In this document: positions 44,444-55,644 of the stretch, piece by piece
Layout of the letters: each line of letters begins with the position of its first letter
Numbering within the stretch: position 1 is the stretch's first letter
Source: Craspedostauros australis
Taxonomy: Eukaryota
Direction of reading: 5' to 3'
Assembly (NCBI GenBank): GCA_030167865.1
Contig: JALAGF010005680.1
Location: 1-64,000, forward strand
Length of the DNA stretch: 64,000 bases
The notes under the pieces: generated by a model
What the model saw: only the letters and a program-made list of their open reading frames with translations
Told to the model about the DNA's origin: nothing
Databases searched by the model: none
Translations under genes and position numbers: made by a program

Positions 44444-47272
44444 ATGAGACGGATCCCTGCGCTGAACGGCTTGCGACAGCGCCAACAGCAGAGGCATGGT
44501 ATGTGCAGGCTGCTGTTGCTGCTGCTTTGCATGGTTGTGGCTGCGCTTTCGTCGGAACAGAGCCAAGAGCAGCAGCACACGCAGAAGTCTGAGCAACAGC
44601 CACAGCATGAGCAGCAGCAGTACCAGCAGAATGAGCAACAGAATGAGCACCATGATCCCCCCGTCAACACGGTCAACACGGCAGCGACGACAACGAAGCA
44701 TGCTGATGAGACTGCCGTTGAGCACGATGTGAGGGACGACCACATCTCCGAGAAGATGGATGAGACGCCCCAACGGACAGAAACAGCAAATGCAAACCAC
44801 GAGGTTGATCCCGCCGATGCTGCTCATACCGAGGAAGTGGAAAGGGTGAAAGAGACGACACAGCCTGAACGAAAATCCAAGCCGGTATCCGTCCAACAGG
44901 AAAGGCATTCGGAAGAGGCTGCGGAGGAGCGATCGTCCACGCCGGTGCCAGACGATGAAGACCCCGCGCAGCAGGAAGACCGCAGGCAGGAGCATGTGTC
45001 AACGACCAATGGTGAAGAGGTGCGCTTCACGGAGAATGCCAGCGAACGTGGTCAAAATGAGATCAAGGATGAAAATGACAGCGCTGATGATGAATCCAAC
45101 TCACCTCCTCAAGACGAATGGAAACGGACGGAGGGTGATGATAGCGACTCCCAAGCAAAGACAGAACCAGGATCACAGAAGGAGAGTGCCCATGAATCAT
45201 CTGAAGGCGGAGAACGAGCGAACACTGAAACAGCGGAGGAGCAACGGGACCAACGGAAACGAGACGAATTGCCGGAGAATCACGCCACTGCCGGAAACGA
45301 GGATGCTGCAAGTGGACACGCGGAAGGTGATGCGGCAGCAGCAGATGATAAGGATTTGAATCCAAACATAGATGGGGGCAGCCCAGTCCAGGATGACGAG
45401 ATCCGTGAGCATACTCGTACACGCGATGAAGAACAACAGGAAACTCGCAAGCCAGAGGCTGTGCGGCATGAAGCGCCAGTAGTCACGGAAGCGCATGTGC
45501 AAGAGGAGGATTCGCGCCCAGTCGCTGAAGGTGAAGCGGCGAGTGTCGATGAAGACCCAATGAAGATGGCAGAGACGGTTCCACCAAATCCCGCGGTGGA
45601 AGCCCAAGAGGTGGAGTCAGAGGAGACCAAGCAGGAAGCCAAGCAAGACACAACGCAGGAGGAGACAACAACGAAGGTGGAGCCGCAAAAGGAGGAAGCA
45701 CAACGAAATGAGAACCATCCATCAGAGGAGGCAGCCACAACAAGTGCGAACGACGTGGATGAAGGAGACGTGGAGGTAGTGAATGCTACTGAACCAATCC
45801 CGTCATTATCTGAACATGAAGGTGAAACAGCGCAAGTTAACGATGAACCACAGAAATCACAATCAACGGAAGTCTCAACACATGAAGCGGACACCAACAT
45901 CGATGAGACCGCAAAAGGCCAACAGGACAAGGCGTCCAATGAGCCAAGCAGACCTGTAGATGGCGCTACCGCAGCCACTGGAACAGTCATGCATAACGAA
46001 ACTGAAACGGCTCAGGGTAAAGTCGATCCACGGCAACAGCCAGATGTCGCAGTCGAAGACGAAAAAAATGGTGTTGATGGAGCCACCGAAGAATCTGTCG
46101 ATTCTGCAAAGAATACCGAGACTGAAGTGTCTGCCGGCGAGGCCATCACGGAAGCGACTGAATCGCAGCAAAAACAGTCACCGACCGAAGATGCCACAGC
46201 CACGTCAACAGAGGCTGATGATTCTCAGGCCGCATCAGGAAACGAAGGCCAAGAAAGCAACGCTGATTCTGACCAAAAATCAACGCAAGACTTGCCGGTC
46301 AAGGAAAAGAAACCAGCCGCGGAAGGTTCCATGGCGAGCTTCTTTGAGAAGGCGTCATCTCAAGGCAGCGGCGGATTTCAAGCCATGCTCCAGCAGGCGG
46401 AGGTCCTGCAGCAAGCAGACAAGCCGGTGGCCAAGCCCACGCGGCCAGATCCCAAGAAGGATGAAGTTGCAGAACTCGCCCAGCTGAAGGTGTTGGCGAA
46501 GGATAAGGTATACGAGGGGAAATGGGGGATCCCAAACACCGAGCAAGCCCAGACCGACGTGGACTACTTATTCTCTCTCCTGTTCGAGTCCTACTGGAAT
46601 GGCAGCAACACGACCGAACGCGTCCCGCTCGGCACGCATCAAATGAAGCTCTCTAACTCGCCCAGGGAATCCAGTGCAACAGTGAGCAATAGCAGCAGCC
46701 AAGATACCAACCAAACAACATCGCAAGCCGACACTGATGGTCAACCACCAGCGGACACCGCCGATCGATCCGTCAACTCGGAATTCGTCGAAGGTCTGGA
46801 TGATATTAGCAAGCTCTTCGAAGCCGTCGATACTCCTGATGAGCTCGACGTGGGCGCATCCGGCTCCTCCATCCATGAAGTGCTGATGGGGCAAGGTAAG
46901 CAGATACTGCTAAAGCGGATCCGAGCGCTCTACAAAGCAATTCAAGCGACCATGATTCGGATGAAGGAAAGGATTGCATCCTCCATTTGGGACGAAGATG
47001 GCGAATTGCGGTTTAACCAGGATGACCTCCTCGTGGTGCTGGGCAGAGCGAAGGAGGTTGCGCAGAATCTGGCGAGCACCATAACGGAGCTGGTGCAGGA
47101 TCTTGTGGCCAAAGCGGAAGAGCTGGGTTTGGCTTTCGGTGGTGGCAGCGACGGCGGCGATGATGACGAATCGGATGAGTTTGATGAAGATGTGCAGAAC
47201 ACGATGGAAATGATCCAGAAGATGCGAAATCTTCAGCTGGACACCGACAGTGGAGCGGGGCCGGAAGAATAA
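44444..47272 (+). CDS. Large acidic low-complexity secretory-pathway protein with a small helical C-terminal domain
   Basis: Long ORF with a hydrophobic signal LLLLLLCMVVAALS (start 44444 or 44501). About 700 aa of E/D/Q/T-rich sequence, then NSEFVEGLDDISKLFEAVDTPDELDVGASGSSIHEVLMGQG. Confidence 0.75.
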   Translation: MRRIPALNGLRQRQQQRHGMCRLLLLLLCMVVAALSSEQSQEQQHTQKSEQQPQHEQQQYQQNEQQNEHHDPPVNTVNTAATTTKHADETAVEHDVRDDHISEKMDETPQRTETANANHEVDPADAAHTEEVERVKETTQPERKSKPVSVQQERHSEEAAEERSSTPVPDDEDPAQQEDRRQEHVSTTNGEEVRFTENASERGQNEIKDENDSADDESNSPPQDEWKRTEGDDSDSQAKTEPGSQKESAHESSEGGERANTETAEEQRDQRKRDELPENHATAGNEDAASGHAEGDAAAADDKDLNPNIDGGSPVQDDEIREHTRTRDEEQQETRKPEAVRHEAPVVTEAHVQEEDSRPVAEGEAASVDEDPMKMAETVPPNPAVEAQEVESEETKQEAKQDTTQEETTTKVEPQKEEAQRNENHPSEEAATTSANDVDEGDVEVVNATEPIPSLSEHEGETAQVNDEPQKSQSTEVSTHEADTNIDETAKGQQDKASNEPSRPVDGATAATGTVMHNETETAQGKVDPRQQPDVAVEDEKNGVDGATEESVDSAKNTETEVSAGEAITEATESQQKQSPTEDATATSTEADDSQAASGNEGQESNADSDQKSTQDLPVKEKKPAAEGSMASFFEKASSQGSGGFQAMLQQAEVLQQADKPVAKPTRPDPKKDEVAELAQLKVLAKDKVYEGKWGIPNTEQAQTDVDYLFSLLFESYWNGSNTTERVPLGTHQMKLSNSPRESSATVSNSSSQDTNQTTSQADTDGQPPADTADRSVNSEFVEGLDDISKLFEAVDTPDELDVGASGSSIHEVLMGQGKQILLKRIRALYKAIQATMIRMKERIASSIWDEDGELRFNQDDLLVVLGRAKEVAQNLASTITELVQDLVAKAEELGLAFGGGSDGGDDDESDEFDEDVQNTMEMIQKMRNLQLDTDSGAGPEE

Positions 47273-47633
47273 ACAGCGAGAGCGACGCCCACAGCGAGAG
47301 CGGCGCAAGTAGGTACTACTATACGCATAGAGTAATCATAAATACAGCCACAAGACAACTCCCTGCGAGTTGTAAACGATGCCAATATGCCGAGTTTCGA
47401 CACGGAATTTGTTTTATTATTTTTCATTACAGCAGTACGGCAAGCAAGGACAAGAATAAGCACAAGTACGTTCAAGCAGAAGAACGGGAGAGTACCATGC
47501 ACATGAATGCACCTGCCTTGGTCGTTGTGTGTTTTGTTATTGCTCTAATGATTGCCATTATGGTTGCTGTTTGTTGTATTCGTCCACCTCTCTCAACTCC
47601 GAGAGGAGAGGCGTGATGCGACAGGGACACCAC

Positions 47634-48905
47634 TCATGGCCTTGGTTGCACGAGGTCATCCTTGGTGATGGCATGGTCGATCATGAACGCGGCGATCTGA
47701 TCGTGGAAAAACTGTGCCCAGTCCATGAGGCTGTCTTGGCCGAGGAAGTAGACGAGGAACCAAAGCCAACGTTCGAGGCCACCCACACGGTACTCCTTCC
47801 AGCACTCATCCCAGCTGAGGCTGCCAACGCCGTTCTCCTGCAATACGGTGAAGTAGGCCTTCACCAGGCTTTCCTCGCAGTCCTTGCGTTCCTTCGGATC
47901 CATGTTGGAGAGGACGTACTGGCCCAGATCTTGCGGCCCGGATCCAAGTCCGCACATTTCGAAATCCAGCATTTTGAGGTTGCCGGCTGTATCTTTCCTG
48001 ATATCCCACAAGATGTTTCCCGGCCAGAAGTCACCATGTACCAGCGTCCAGTGGGTGGATTCGTTGAGTCTTGCCACCTGTGCGTCCCACGAGATCCCGG
48101 CGACGCCCTTTTCCACCGCTTCGCGTACGACTGGATTCCATTTGATCGTCTTGGCGTCATCATTGTTCTCCTGGCTGGTATACTTGGCCCAGCACCCCTT
48201 GACGATGTTCTGCGATGCCTCCCAGCTCTCCTTGCCTTCCTTTTGCAGCCACTGGCATCCGCGGAGCCAATCGTTCTCGAGCAGGGAGTTTTGTTGCCAG
48301 AAGGCTGCGTGCACCTTGGCGATGGCCTTGAACGTCGACTCTGCGACTTGCTCGCTGGTGGGAGGCGTGTCGCCAGCGCGGGCCACCATGGCGGGGAGGT
48401 CGCGCTGCCAGTTGTTGGGATTTCCAGGCCCGAAGAAGACGCCGGAATCCAGATATCCCTCGGAGAGATCCTCCATAATGATGACCTTCTCGCCAGTCGC
48501 CATGTCACCCCACGAGTAGTAAATGTGCGGGATGAACCCGACGCTTGGAGCTTCCTTCTCCAGCTTGGGTGCGAGCTGGGAGAAGAAGTGCGCCTCGCGT
48601 GCCAAGCCCAGGTACGAGCTGAGCTGCAGCCCGGCTCCGGTCGCCTGCTTAATGACGACGCAGGTCTGCTCGGTCGTCCCGTCGGCCTTGGTTGCGCCAT
48701 CGATCGTAACGAGCAGGGTCGCCCCGTCCTTGACCTCCGCCCCCTTTCGAGTGGCGTTGCTGATGTCCTTGACGACGCACTTCTTGCATGTCAGGGAGGT
48801 CTTGGATTCCATCCACTGGGGATCGATCTCGTTGTTCGAGAGCCACACCGGAGTGTTCGATGCGGATGCGGCTGCAGATGCCGGAGATGCGTTATCGGTT
48901 GCCAT
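47634..48905 (-). CDS. Aminoglycoside phosphotransferase / ecdysteroid-kinase-like protein
   Basis: VVIKQ, REAHFF, IIMEDL, IAKVHA, Brenner motif TLVHGDFWPGN and LDFE. Start taken at MATDN (48905). Confidence 0.85.
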   Translation of the reverse strand: MATDNASPASAAASASNTPVWLSNNEIDPQWMESKTSLTCKKCVVKDISNATRKGAEVKDGATLLVTIDGATKADGTTEQTCVVIKQATGAGLQLSSYLGLAREAHFFSQLAPKLEKEAPSVGFIPHIYYSWGDMATGEKVIIMEDLSEGYLDSGVFFGPGNPNNWQRDLPAMVARAGDTPPTSEQVAESTFKAIAKVHAAFWQQNSLLENDWLRGCQWLQKEGKESWEASQNIVKGCWAKYTSQENNDDAKTIKWNPVVREAVEKGVAGISWDAQVARLNESTHWTLVHGDFWPGNILWDIRKDTAGNLKMLDFEMCGLGSGPQDLGQYVLSNMDPKERKDCEESLVKAYFTVLQENGVGSLSWDECWKEYRVGGLERWLWFLVYFLGQDSLMDWAQFFHDQIAAFMIDHAITKDDLVQPRP

Positions 48906-49574
48906 TTTACTTGGTTGATGTGCGGATATTGCTGGTTCTTTGATTTGTGAGCGCTGCTTGTTCATTTGTTGAAGTTGAGATATGTGGGCTCCCCATGTTG
49001 CATTCCAATTCAAGCCGAACAAACAAGCAAGCAACCACGCAGCAACTTCCGATAGCCACACACGATGTTGTTGTTGGTGATGTGTCGCAGCACACAACAA
49101 CTAAAAGAGAAGAGAGAGCGAGGGACTTCCACAGCGATCGTCAGCGGAGCGAACAGATTCTCGTGTTGATTGACGAAAGCGAATCCTGGTGCACGACTGT
49201 GTGCACGACTGGGATAGACGACTTGGTGATTGTTCCAGGAACAATTTGTACGTTGTTCTTGCGGAGACGCAAGGTTCTTGTGGCATCACAGGTGGCCGAG
49301 CAGCAGCGTAGCATCCTCGAAGAGCATGTGTCATATTCTACTCGCATAGTACCATACACCTGCAAGTGTTGGATGCAATAGTCTGGGATAGGATGCGAAA
49401 CCCTACTCTGCTCGACTCAACTGTATTTAGACTCCACGCAGCTACGGAAACGCCAAGTACGAATATTGAAATTGGACAACCGTAAGCAGTGGGTTGTCAA
49501 GTTGTGTATTCGTAGAGTATGTTACGAATGCTGGAGGACTACGGTCCACTTGACTTGCTGCAAACGGAACCCCA

Positions 49575-51047
49575 TCACCAGCCATCATGGTCGTCGTCAT
49601 CATCATGGTCGTTATCGACATCGTCACGGCTGATCTTCGGTTTGGAAGGATTGTCGTTTTCGTTACGCCGCCGAGCCTGCCCTTGCTTGATGCGCCGATT
49701 CACATGGATGTGCCGAAGTGAGACGGACACGGGCTGCAAGATCGTGCTGCCATGGTTCTTGCGCAACAGATCTCGCAGCGCGGTCGCCGCCATCTCACAG
49801 TACGCCACAGACCGATGCCGGCCAAAATCGCTGCCGGCGTATATCGCCATACGAATGGGTAAAGCGTAGCCGTATCCTGCATCTTGGGTCTCATGAATGG
49901 CGCGGATAGTTTCCTTGGCGGTGGCTTGCGCCGAATCTTGAATCTCGCCGTTGGTCAGATCGAAGAGATTACGTTTGACTGTGTTCGACTGTCCGTCCTG
50001 CCCTTCCAAATTCGCTGCCACGAGGGGGAAGTCTCGACAATCCTGAACCGCCATCGGGTTGGAATGAGACCATCCGGCGCGGATTTCCGGTGGAGCACCA
50101 TGAAAGAAACCGAAGGAGCAGAATTCGACCGAGATGGGAGCCTTGCCCTGTTGCGCCAGTCGCGAGATATTGTTGCCCTGTGTCTGCGTTGTGTCCACGA
50201 CGGGTTCCATCTTTTTCCAGGATAGATCCTGTTCACCGAAATCCGCCAACAAGTTGGAAAGCGGCATGGCACACCGTGCGCGAAAATTAGTACCTTGTGA
50301 AGTGTTCGTGGATGCGGATGCTGTTGCTGCTGTTGCTGGTTTCACCGCAGAGGCATTCATCATGCCTGCCATGATGGCATCCATGTTGGGAGACGAAACT
50401 CTGCCTGCTTGCGTTGCTGCATTCCCATCAGTCACAGTGACTTTCCCGTCATTCGGTCTCATTGCCATTGATGACTGTGCGTTGCCTCCTTGTTTTGCAG
50501 TTTTGGGCTTGGACCATGATCCGAAGGATGATGTGCTTTTGCCTTTGTTATTCTTGTGCGAGTTCTTGCCACCTTTCTTTTCCTGCTTGTGCTGAACTAC
50601 GAGCCTGCAGTCTTCTAATTGGCTCCCATTCAGTTTGCGCATGATGTCATCGGCTTGTTTGGCATCGCCACACTCCAACAAGGCGTGCTGATTCTTTCCA
50701 TTCTTCTTGACTTGGATGGATTGGACAGTAGTTCTGCCGTCAGCACTACCATCGCCATCAAGATCATGCTGCTGTAAGAGATCCCGAATCTTGCTTGCAA
50801 CGTCGACAATGCCTGAACGAAGGCCACCAACGTAGAGCGTTCTGCCGACGTTGCTTCCGTTCCTCTTCTTGTTCTTCGATGCTGTCGAAGACACAACGAA
50901 TCCGTCATCAGCGTCAACATTGCCTGCCATGTTGCTCCCAGATGCAAATGCGATGCTGCTGTTGCTGTTGCTGTTGGCTTCTTGGGATCTGAGACCCTGT
51001 ATTTGAGATGGTTCATTTGGGGACACACAATGGAGATCTCCAGCCAC
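49575..51047 (-). CDS. RRM + RapZ C-terminal-domain-like fusion protein
   Basis: RRM: RTLYVGGL...HALLEC...ADDIMRKLNGSQLEDCRLVV. C-terminal SVEFCSFGFFHGAP...DCRDFP...MAIYAGSDFGRHRSVAYCE...LRHIH resembles the RapZ/YhbJ C-terminal domain. Confidence 0.75.
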   Translation of the reverse strand: MAGDLHCVSPNEPSQIQGLRSQEANSNSNSSIAFASGSNMAGNVDADDGFVVSSTASKNKKRNGSNVGRTLYVGGLRSGIVDVASKIRDLLQQHDLDGDGSADGRTTVQSIQVKKNGKNQHALLECGDAKQADDIMRKLNGSQLEDCRLVVQHKQEKKGGKNSHKNNKGKSTSSFGSWSKPKTAKQGGNAQSSMAMRPNDGKVTVTDGNAATQAGRVSSPNMDAIMAGMMNASAVKPATAATASASTNTSQGTNFRARCAMPLSNLLADFGEQDLSWKKMEPVVDTTQTQGNNISRLAQQGKAPISVEFCSFGFFHGAPPEIRAGWSHSNPMAVQDCRDFPLVAANLEGQDGQSNTVKRNLFDLTNGEIQDSAQATAKETIRAIHETQDAGYGYALPIRMAIYAGSDFGRHRSVAYCEMAATALRDLLRKNHGSTILQPVSVSLRHIHVNRRIKQGQARRRNENDNPSKPKISRDDVDNDHDDDDDHDGW

Positions 51048-51695
51048 GATGGTTGTCGCTACAGAGTGGCTGTTGTTGTCGTTGATTTCGTCTTGTGTGT
51101 TGTGGGGATCAAAAAATGAGGAGAGGTTGATTTTGGATGGAGTTCAAGGAGTCGATGTAGTCCATGATGATGACGTCGATCAGACTCACTTCTATCCCGC
51201 GTGTCGATGACTCGTGTGATCACATCAGAATTCAGAATTTTCAGTCATGCATAGGCAAAGCGACAACGTTCTTTTGTGGGTTCGTTTCCTTCTCTTTTTC
51301 TTCTGCGACAACCAACGCGCCGTTGCTTCCTTCCGCACACACACACACATCGCCATCATCGCTGTCATCACTGTCTCTTTCAGCGAAACTCCTGTGTTTG
51401 CCTTGATTGCTTCCGTGATTGCGAGAGCACACCCACGAACACTGAACACTCACGCATCTACGTACGTAGTCGTACACCATACTCGCGCAGCCACTACACG
51501 CAGGTTCGACCACTCTTGCAGTTGTCGTCACCTGCACACAAAGTTGATTAGAGTACTCGAACATACTCGCTCCTCTGAAAAGCATCTGAGCAAAGTCTTC
51601 CTCATTCAAGTGGTCAATCAAGCGGTCGTTCAATCAACCAATCAACGAATCAACCCATCAACCGATCAAGAAAGAAATCAAGCAACGCATCAACC

Positions 51696-53154
51696 ATGCC
51701 ATCGTTAACTATGGCGGTGAGGAAATGCGGCATGGCCATTGCTTGCGTCGTCGCCATGCACCTGTCGTGTGCCATTCCACGCACACAAGCCTGGGGAACA
51801 GAAGGACACGAGATAGTCGCGAACATTGCGTACGAACGTCTCAGCCAGGATGCGAAAGACTTCGTGCAGGCCATTCTGGGCAACATGAACAACACCAAGG
51901 AGGCAGGATCGCCACTCGCGGCGGTGGCCGATTGGGCCGACAGAGTGCGTCCCTACTACCATTGGTCCGGCGCGCTGCATTACATCGATGTCAGCGATGA
52001 TCAGATCGATGGCGGTTGCCCCATCAACACCACGAACGCGCAATGCAGATTCATTTACGATCGTGACTGTGTCGATGATGTCTGTGTGGCCGGTGCCATA
52101 CAGAACTACACCAAGCAATTGCAGGCACTTCCTGCCATGCATTTGTTCACCGGCAGCAAGAGGCGTCAATTTGTGCAGGGCATCGATCACGCCCATGGTG
52201 ACCAGAATCTCCGAGGCTCGCAGAGCGCGCCACATACGATGAACGAGCGCCGCCTGCTGGCAAACCAAACGGTCAATGCTCTCAAGTTCCTCACGCAGTA
52301 AGTTGTCACAGCAGGATGGCACACCGAAGCGTACTGCCGTTTTGTCTATTCCGCAGGAATCTCAGTTTCATGATTGGTGTTTCGAGATTCGCCAGGTTTT
52401 CGTTGATACTGGAAGCGTGAATGGTCCGCCTCGTCCGGTCACTCATACGTACGTTCACCTGCTTCTTGTTCTCGCACAAACATCACCCCACGCAACGACC
52501 ACAATTGCATCTCTCTCGATGCGCCAATTCAATCAAATTGACAGCTTCGTCGGCGACGTCCATCAACCGCTGCACTGCTCGCGCACCACCGACAAAGGCG
52601 GCAATGACTTCCATGTCAAGTTCGATGACTCATCCGCCCTCACGGCCAAACCGTCGAGACGAGGACCTGCCAACTCCAGCACCGGCGTCCATGTTATCAA
52701 CAGTAATAGCAATGGAGATGACACCGCGCCATCCCTACGCAAGCATCACAGCTGGAATCTGCATTCCGTCTGGGACACTGGCATCATCGACAAAGCGATT
52801 CACGAAACATACGGAACGCGCCAAATGATGGAACAGAGCTTGATCGGCAAAAGCCACAGCCCGGCCTACCATGACAAAGTCGTCAAATGGTTGAGCTGCT
52901 CCGATGGATCCCATTGGCAGTGTCCCGCGCGGTGGGGACAGGAGAGCTTTGACGATGCCATGAAATGGGCATACACCAATTCTGATGGCACTGAAGTCGT
53001 GAATGGTTCCGAATTGAATGATGACTATTACGCGACGCGGGTGGACATCGTGCAAGATCGATTGATTGCCGGTGGAGTTCGGTTGGCAACGATCTTGGAA
53101 CAGCTTGTTAAAGGTTGGAGGATCAGTGGTGCTGTCAGACTGCGATTTGAATGA
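51696..53154 (+). CDS. Secreted S1/P1 nuclease (2 exons)
   Basis: Exons 51696-52297 and 52545-53154. Signal peptide then WGTEGH, WADRVR and LHYID. The junction gives LKFLTHFVGDVHQPLH, followed by GGN, NLHSVWD and GGVRLA. Confidence 0.93.
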
Positions 53155-53418
53155 GCGCGATGGGCCGCAAGCAGTCCGATCTGATTCGCGGATCATGAAA
53201 CTTGGTGAAACGAGAGAGACGCGTGCTTTGGCCAATGAAAAAGGGAGTGCGTCGATAAATCGGCATCATGTTCATCCCTTGTCTCTCAGCACGATGAGAT
53301 GCAGCCAAGTTAATTACTAGTGCTGCATCATGGATGACCTGCTAGAGTTGTGCTCACAAGATGCGCATGATTGGGCATAGCATCCGACAACCGGCATCCA
53401 ATATTGCGGAAAGTTGAT

Positions 53419-54873
53419 TTAGCCAGCAGCACACTGCTTCCTCAAAAAGCTGTAGTTGTCAGTGACAAACCACAGTTGCCACATGCGGAATCTGGCAAAC
53501 TTGCGCGATTTGCCGCTGATGAAATTGTTGTGCACCAGCAGCACACCGTCCTGTTGAGATTGATATTGCGCTCGCTGTTTCCAAATTGCATAGGTTCGTC
53601 CATTGGGAAAGTGCGGATTGTTGTTGGGATACAATCGTATTTTGGTGCTTCCTTGCTGCTCCTGCTGCTGCTGGTACGTTTCGTACATGGCGTATTGATC
53701 ATTCTGAAAATGCCCCGTATCAATCGTCTTCTGCCACTGTCGAAGGAAGGCGATGGTATTCTCGGTTGGCAGCATGTACAACATACCAGTACAGATCTTC
53801 CCTTCCTGCGGCTGTCCGCTGTCCACCATGGCGACAATGTCGTACAAGTATCGTGCGGTACCATGGTCGTGATCATGGCCATTTGATATCGCGAACGTTG
53901 GCTGTGGCCGTGGCTGTGACTGTGGCTGCGGCGGCAGAAGGAATGAAGCAAGGTGCTCCTCCCCCTCCTCCCTCGCCGATAGATCCAAGAAGTCCAACGC
54001 ATTGTGTCGACGCCAAACGACATCAATGTCGCAGTAAAATACCTTGAGACCAAGCTGAAGAAACGTCGTGATGATCGTCGGCCGCGTCGATGTCAGCTGC
54101 TTGAAGTCTTGCTTCCCAATATCCAGCGGCTTCTTCACCAATCGCGATTTCACGAATGGCGGGATCGTCGTTACGTGATTGGGATACAATCGTCGCAGCA
54201 TCTGCTCGGCCTGTGCATCCATCGGCACGATGCAGAAGTTAGTGACATTCAAACGCTGCATGGAGATGACGCAATTCTCCACAAAATCCACGTATCCGCA
54301 GGATGCAATGAGGATAACCAATCGGTGCTGCGTGTCCGCGAGGCGCGTGATCATCTTGCCGAGCCAATGTTGTGCTGGAGAGGATTGGATGTGGGCAGCA
54401 GCAGCATTGTCGGTTGGAATTGATTGTTGTGATGCCTGCTCCACAGATTGTGACATTGATCGCGTCTTTGTCGGCTTTTGCTCCTTCAATGCTCGTGGAT
54501 CATCGATGTTGAGATCATTACGTTGATCAGCTGTTCCCGATCGCGAATGTTTGGATTCGCCTCTCTCCTCAGGTTGATCCAGCCGGTGCTCTTCCTGCGA
54601 TGGCAATCTCCATTGCGAGCTTCTGTTGTTCGCGGCCCAGAAGTTCGCGATGCAAAGCCAGACGACTAACACCACGACAACCTCTCGTAATCCAAATCGT
54701 TTTTCAACAGCACCACCTTGTATTCTGCCGAATCGCATTGAAGATGGTAGCGATGCTGCCACTGCAGCTGTTGCTGTTGTTGCTGTTATTTCTGCTGCTG
54801 CTGCTGATGATGATGATCCTGATGATGATGACAATGCTGGCAATGGCGTCGAGCATGAATGGTTGTACATCAT
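53419..54873 (-). CDS. Nucleotide-diphospho-sugar transferase (GT77-like), type II membrane protein
   Basis: TM VVVVLVVWLCIANFW, DxD motif FYCDIDVVW, ICTGMLY, NDQ, FPNG and VHNNFISG..K..R. The start is uncertain. Confidence 0.85.
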   Translation of the reverse strand: MMYNHSCSTPLPALSSSSGSSSSAAAAEITATTATAAVAASLPSSMRFGRIQGGAVEKRFGLREVVVVLVVWLCIANFWAANNRSSQWRLPSQEEHRLDQPEERGESKHSRSGTADQRNDLNIDDPRALKEQKPTKTRSMSQSVEQASQQSIPTDNAAAAHIQSSPAQHWLGKMITRLADTQHRLVILIASCGYVDFVENCVISMQRLNVTNFCIVPMDAQAEQMLRRLYPNHVTTIPPFVKSRLVKKPLDIGKQDFKQLTSTRPTIITTFLQLGLKVFYCDIDVVWRRHNALDFLDLSAREEGEEHLASFLLPPQPQSQPRPQPTFAISNGHDHDHGTARYLYDIVAMVDSGQPQEGKICTGMLYMLPTENTIAFLRQWQKTIDTGHFQNDQYAMYETYQQQQEQQGSTKIRLYPNNNPHFPNGRTYAIWKQRAQYQSQQDGVLLVHNNFISGKSRKFARFRMWQLWFVTDNYSFLRKQCAAG

Positions 54874-55644
54874 ACTATCATGCGTACACAGGCATTGCAC
54901 CCACCTTCTTGTGTCTCTTTGTGTGACGTCTCATCATGTTTCTCACAGAATTGCCTTGGAGTGATGTTCGTGTCTGGATGTACAAAAATGAAGATGTTCG
55001 TGACTTATTTGGGGTTCTTGAAAACACCGTTGTGAAGACAGTAACAAGCCCCGAAATCAGATCACACGAACACCCCCAAATGCGATTCACCCCTTTCTTT
55101 GTGTCTTTCAACGAACGCGTGTGGCGAAAAGATACCTTTGTTGCGCATTTGGCGGTTATATTTATATTCGAGCATGAATACAAATATTGTCCCACTTCGT
55201 TTCGCTGTACTGTTTCATTTTTTGGCACCGTGGACCACAGAACAGGGCGAGATGGCGCACGGATGGAACATCACCTCGCCATCTCACCATCATCTACCCA
55301 TCTCTGGGACGAACGAGCGAAGCACAACAACAACCAAGCGACAAAACAAGCGTTCTGACAATCACTGGATCACGGCGATAGTGGAGTAATCACCAGAGAG
55401 CAGTCGTGTTAGAGCACCATACTCTACTCTGCTTCTGCTGCGTCGCTGATTGTACGTGAAGCACAACACTCTCGACACCAACTACGTCCACCACATTGAT
55501 GGAAGGAGGATAACCCGAACCAGTCTTGAGAGGAAAAGAGCAAAGACGGAGACGAGCAAACCCTTCGAAGCCGCCATCCGACAACACACCCAACGAAGAC
55601 TTGAACGAAGACTTGAGCGAAGCATCGAGTCAAGGGGAGAAACC

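Noticed and set aside
42552..48950. Long antisense ORFs (470 aa opposite PEX3, 473 aa opposite the kinase) and similar shadows elsewhere
   Set aside because: These are antisense shadows of genes with GC-rich third codon positions, with no motifs of their own.
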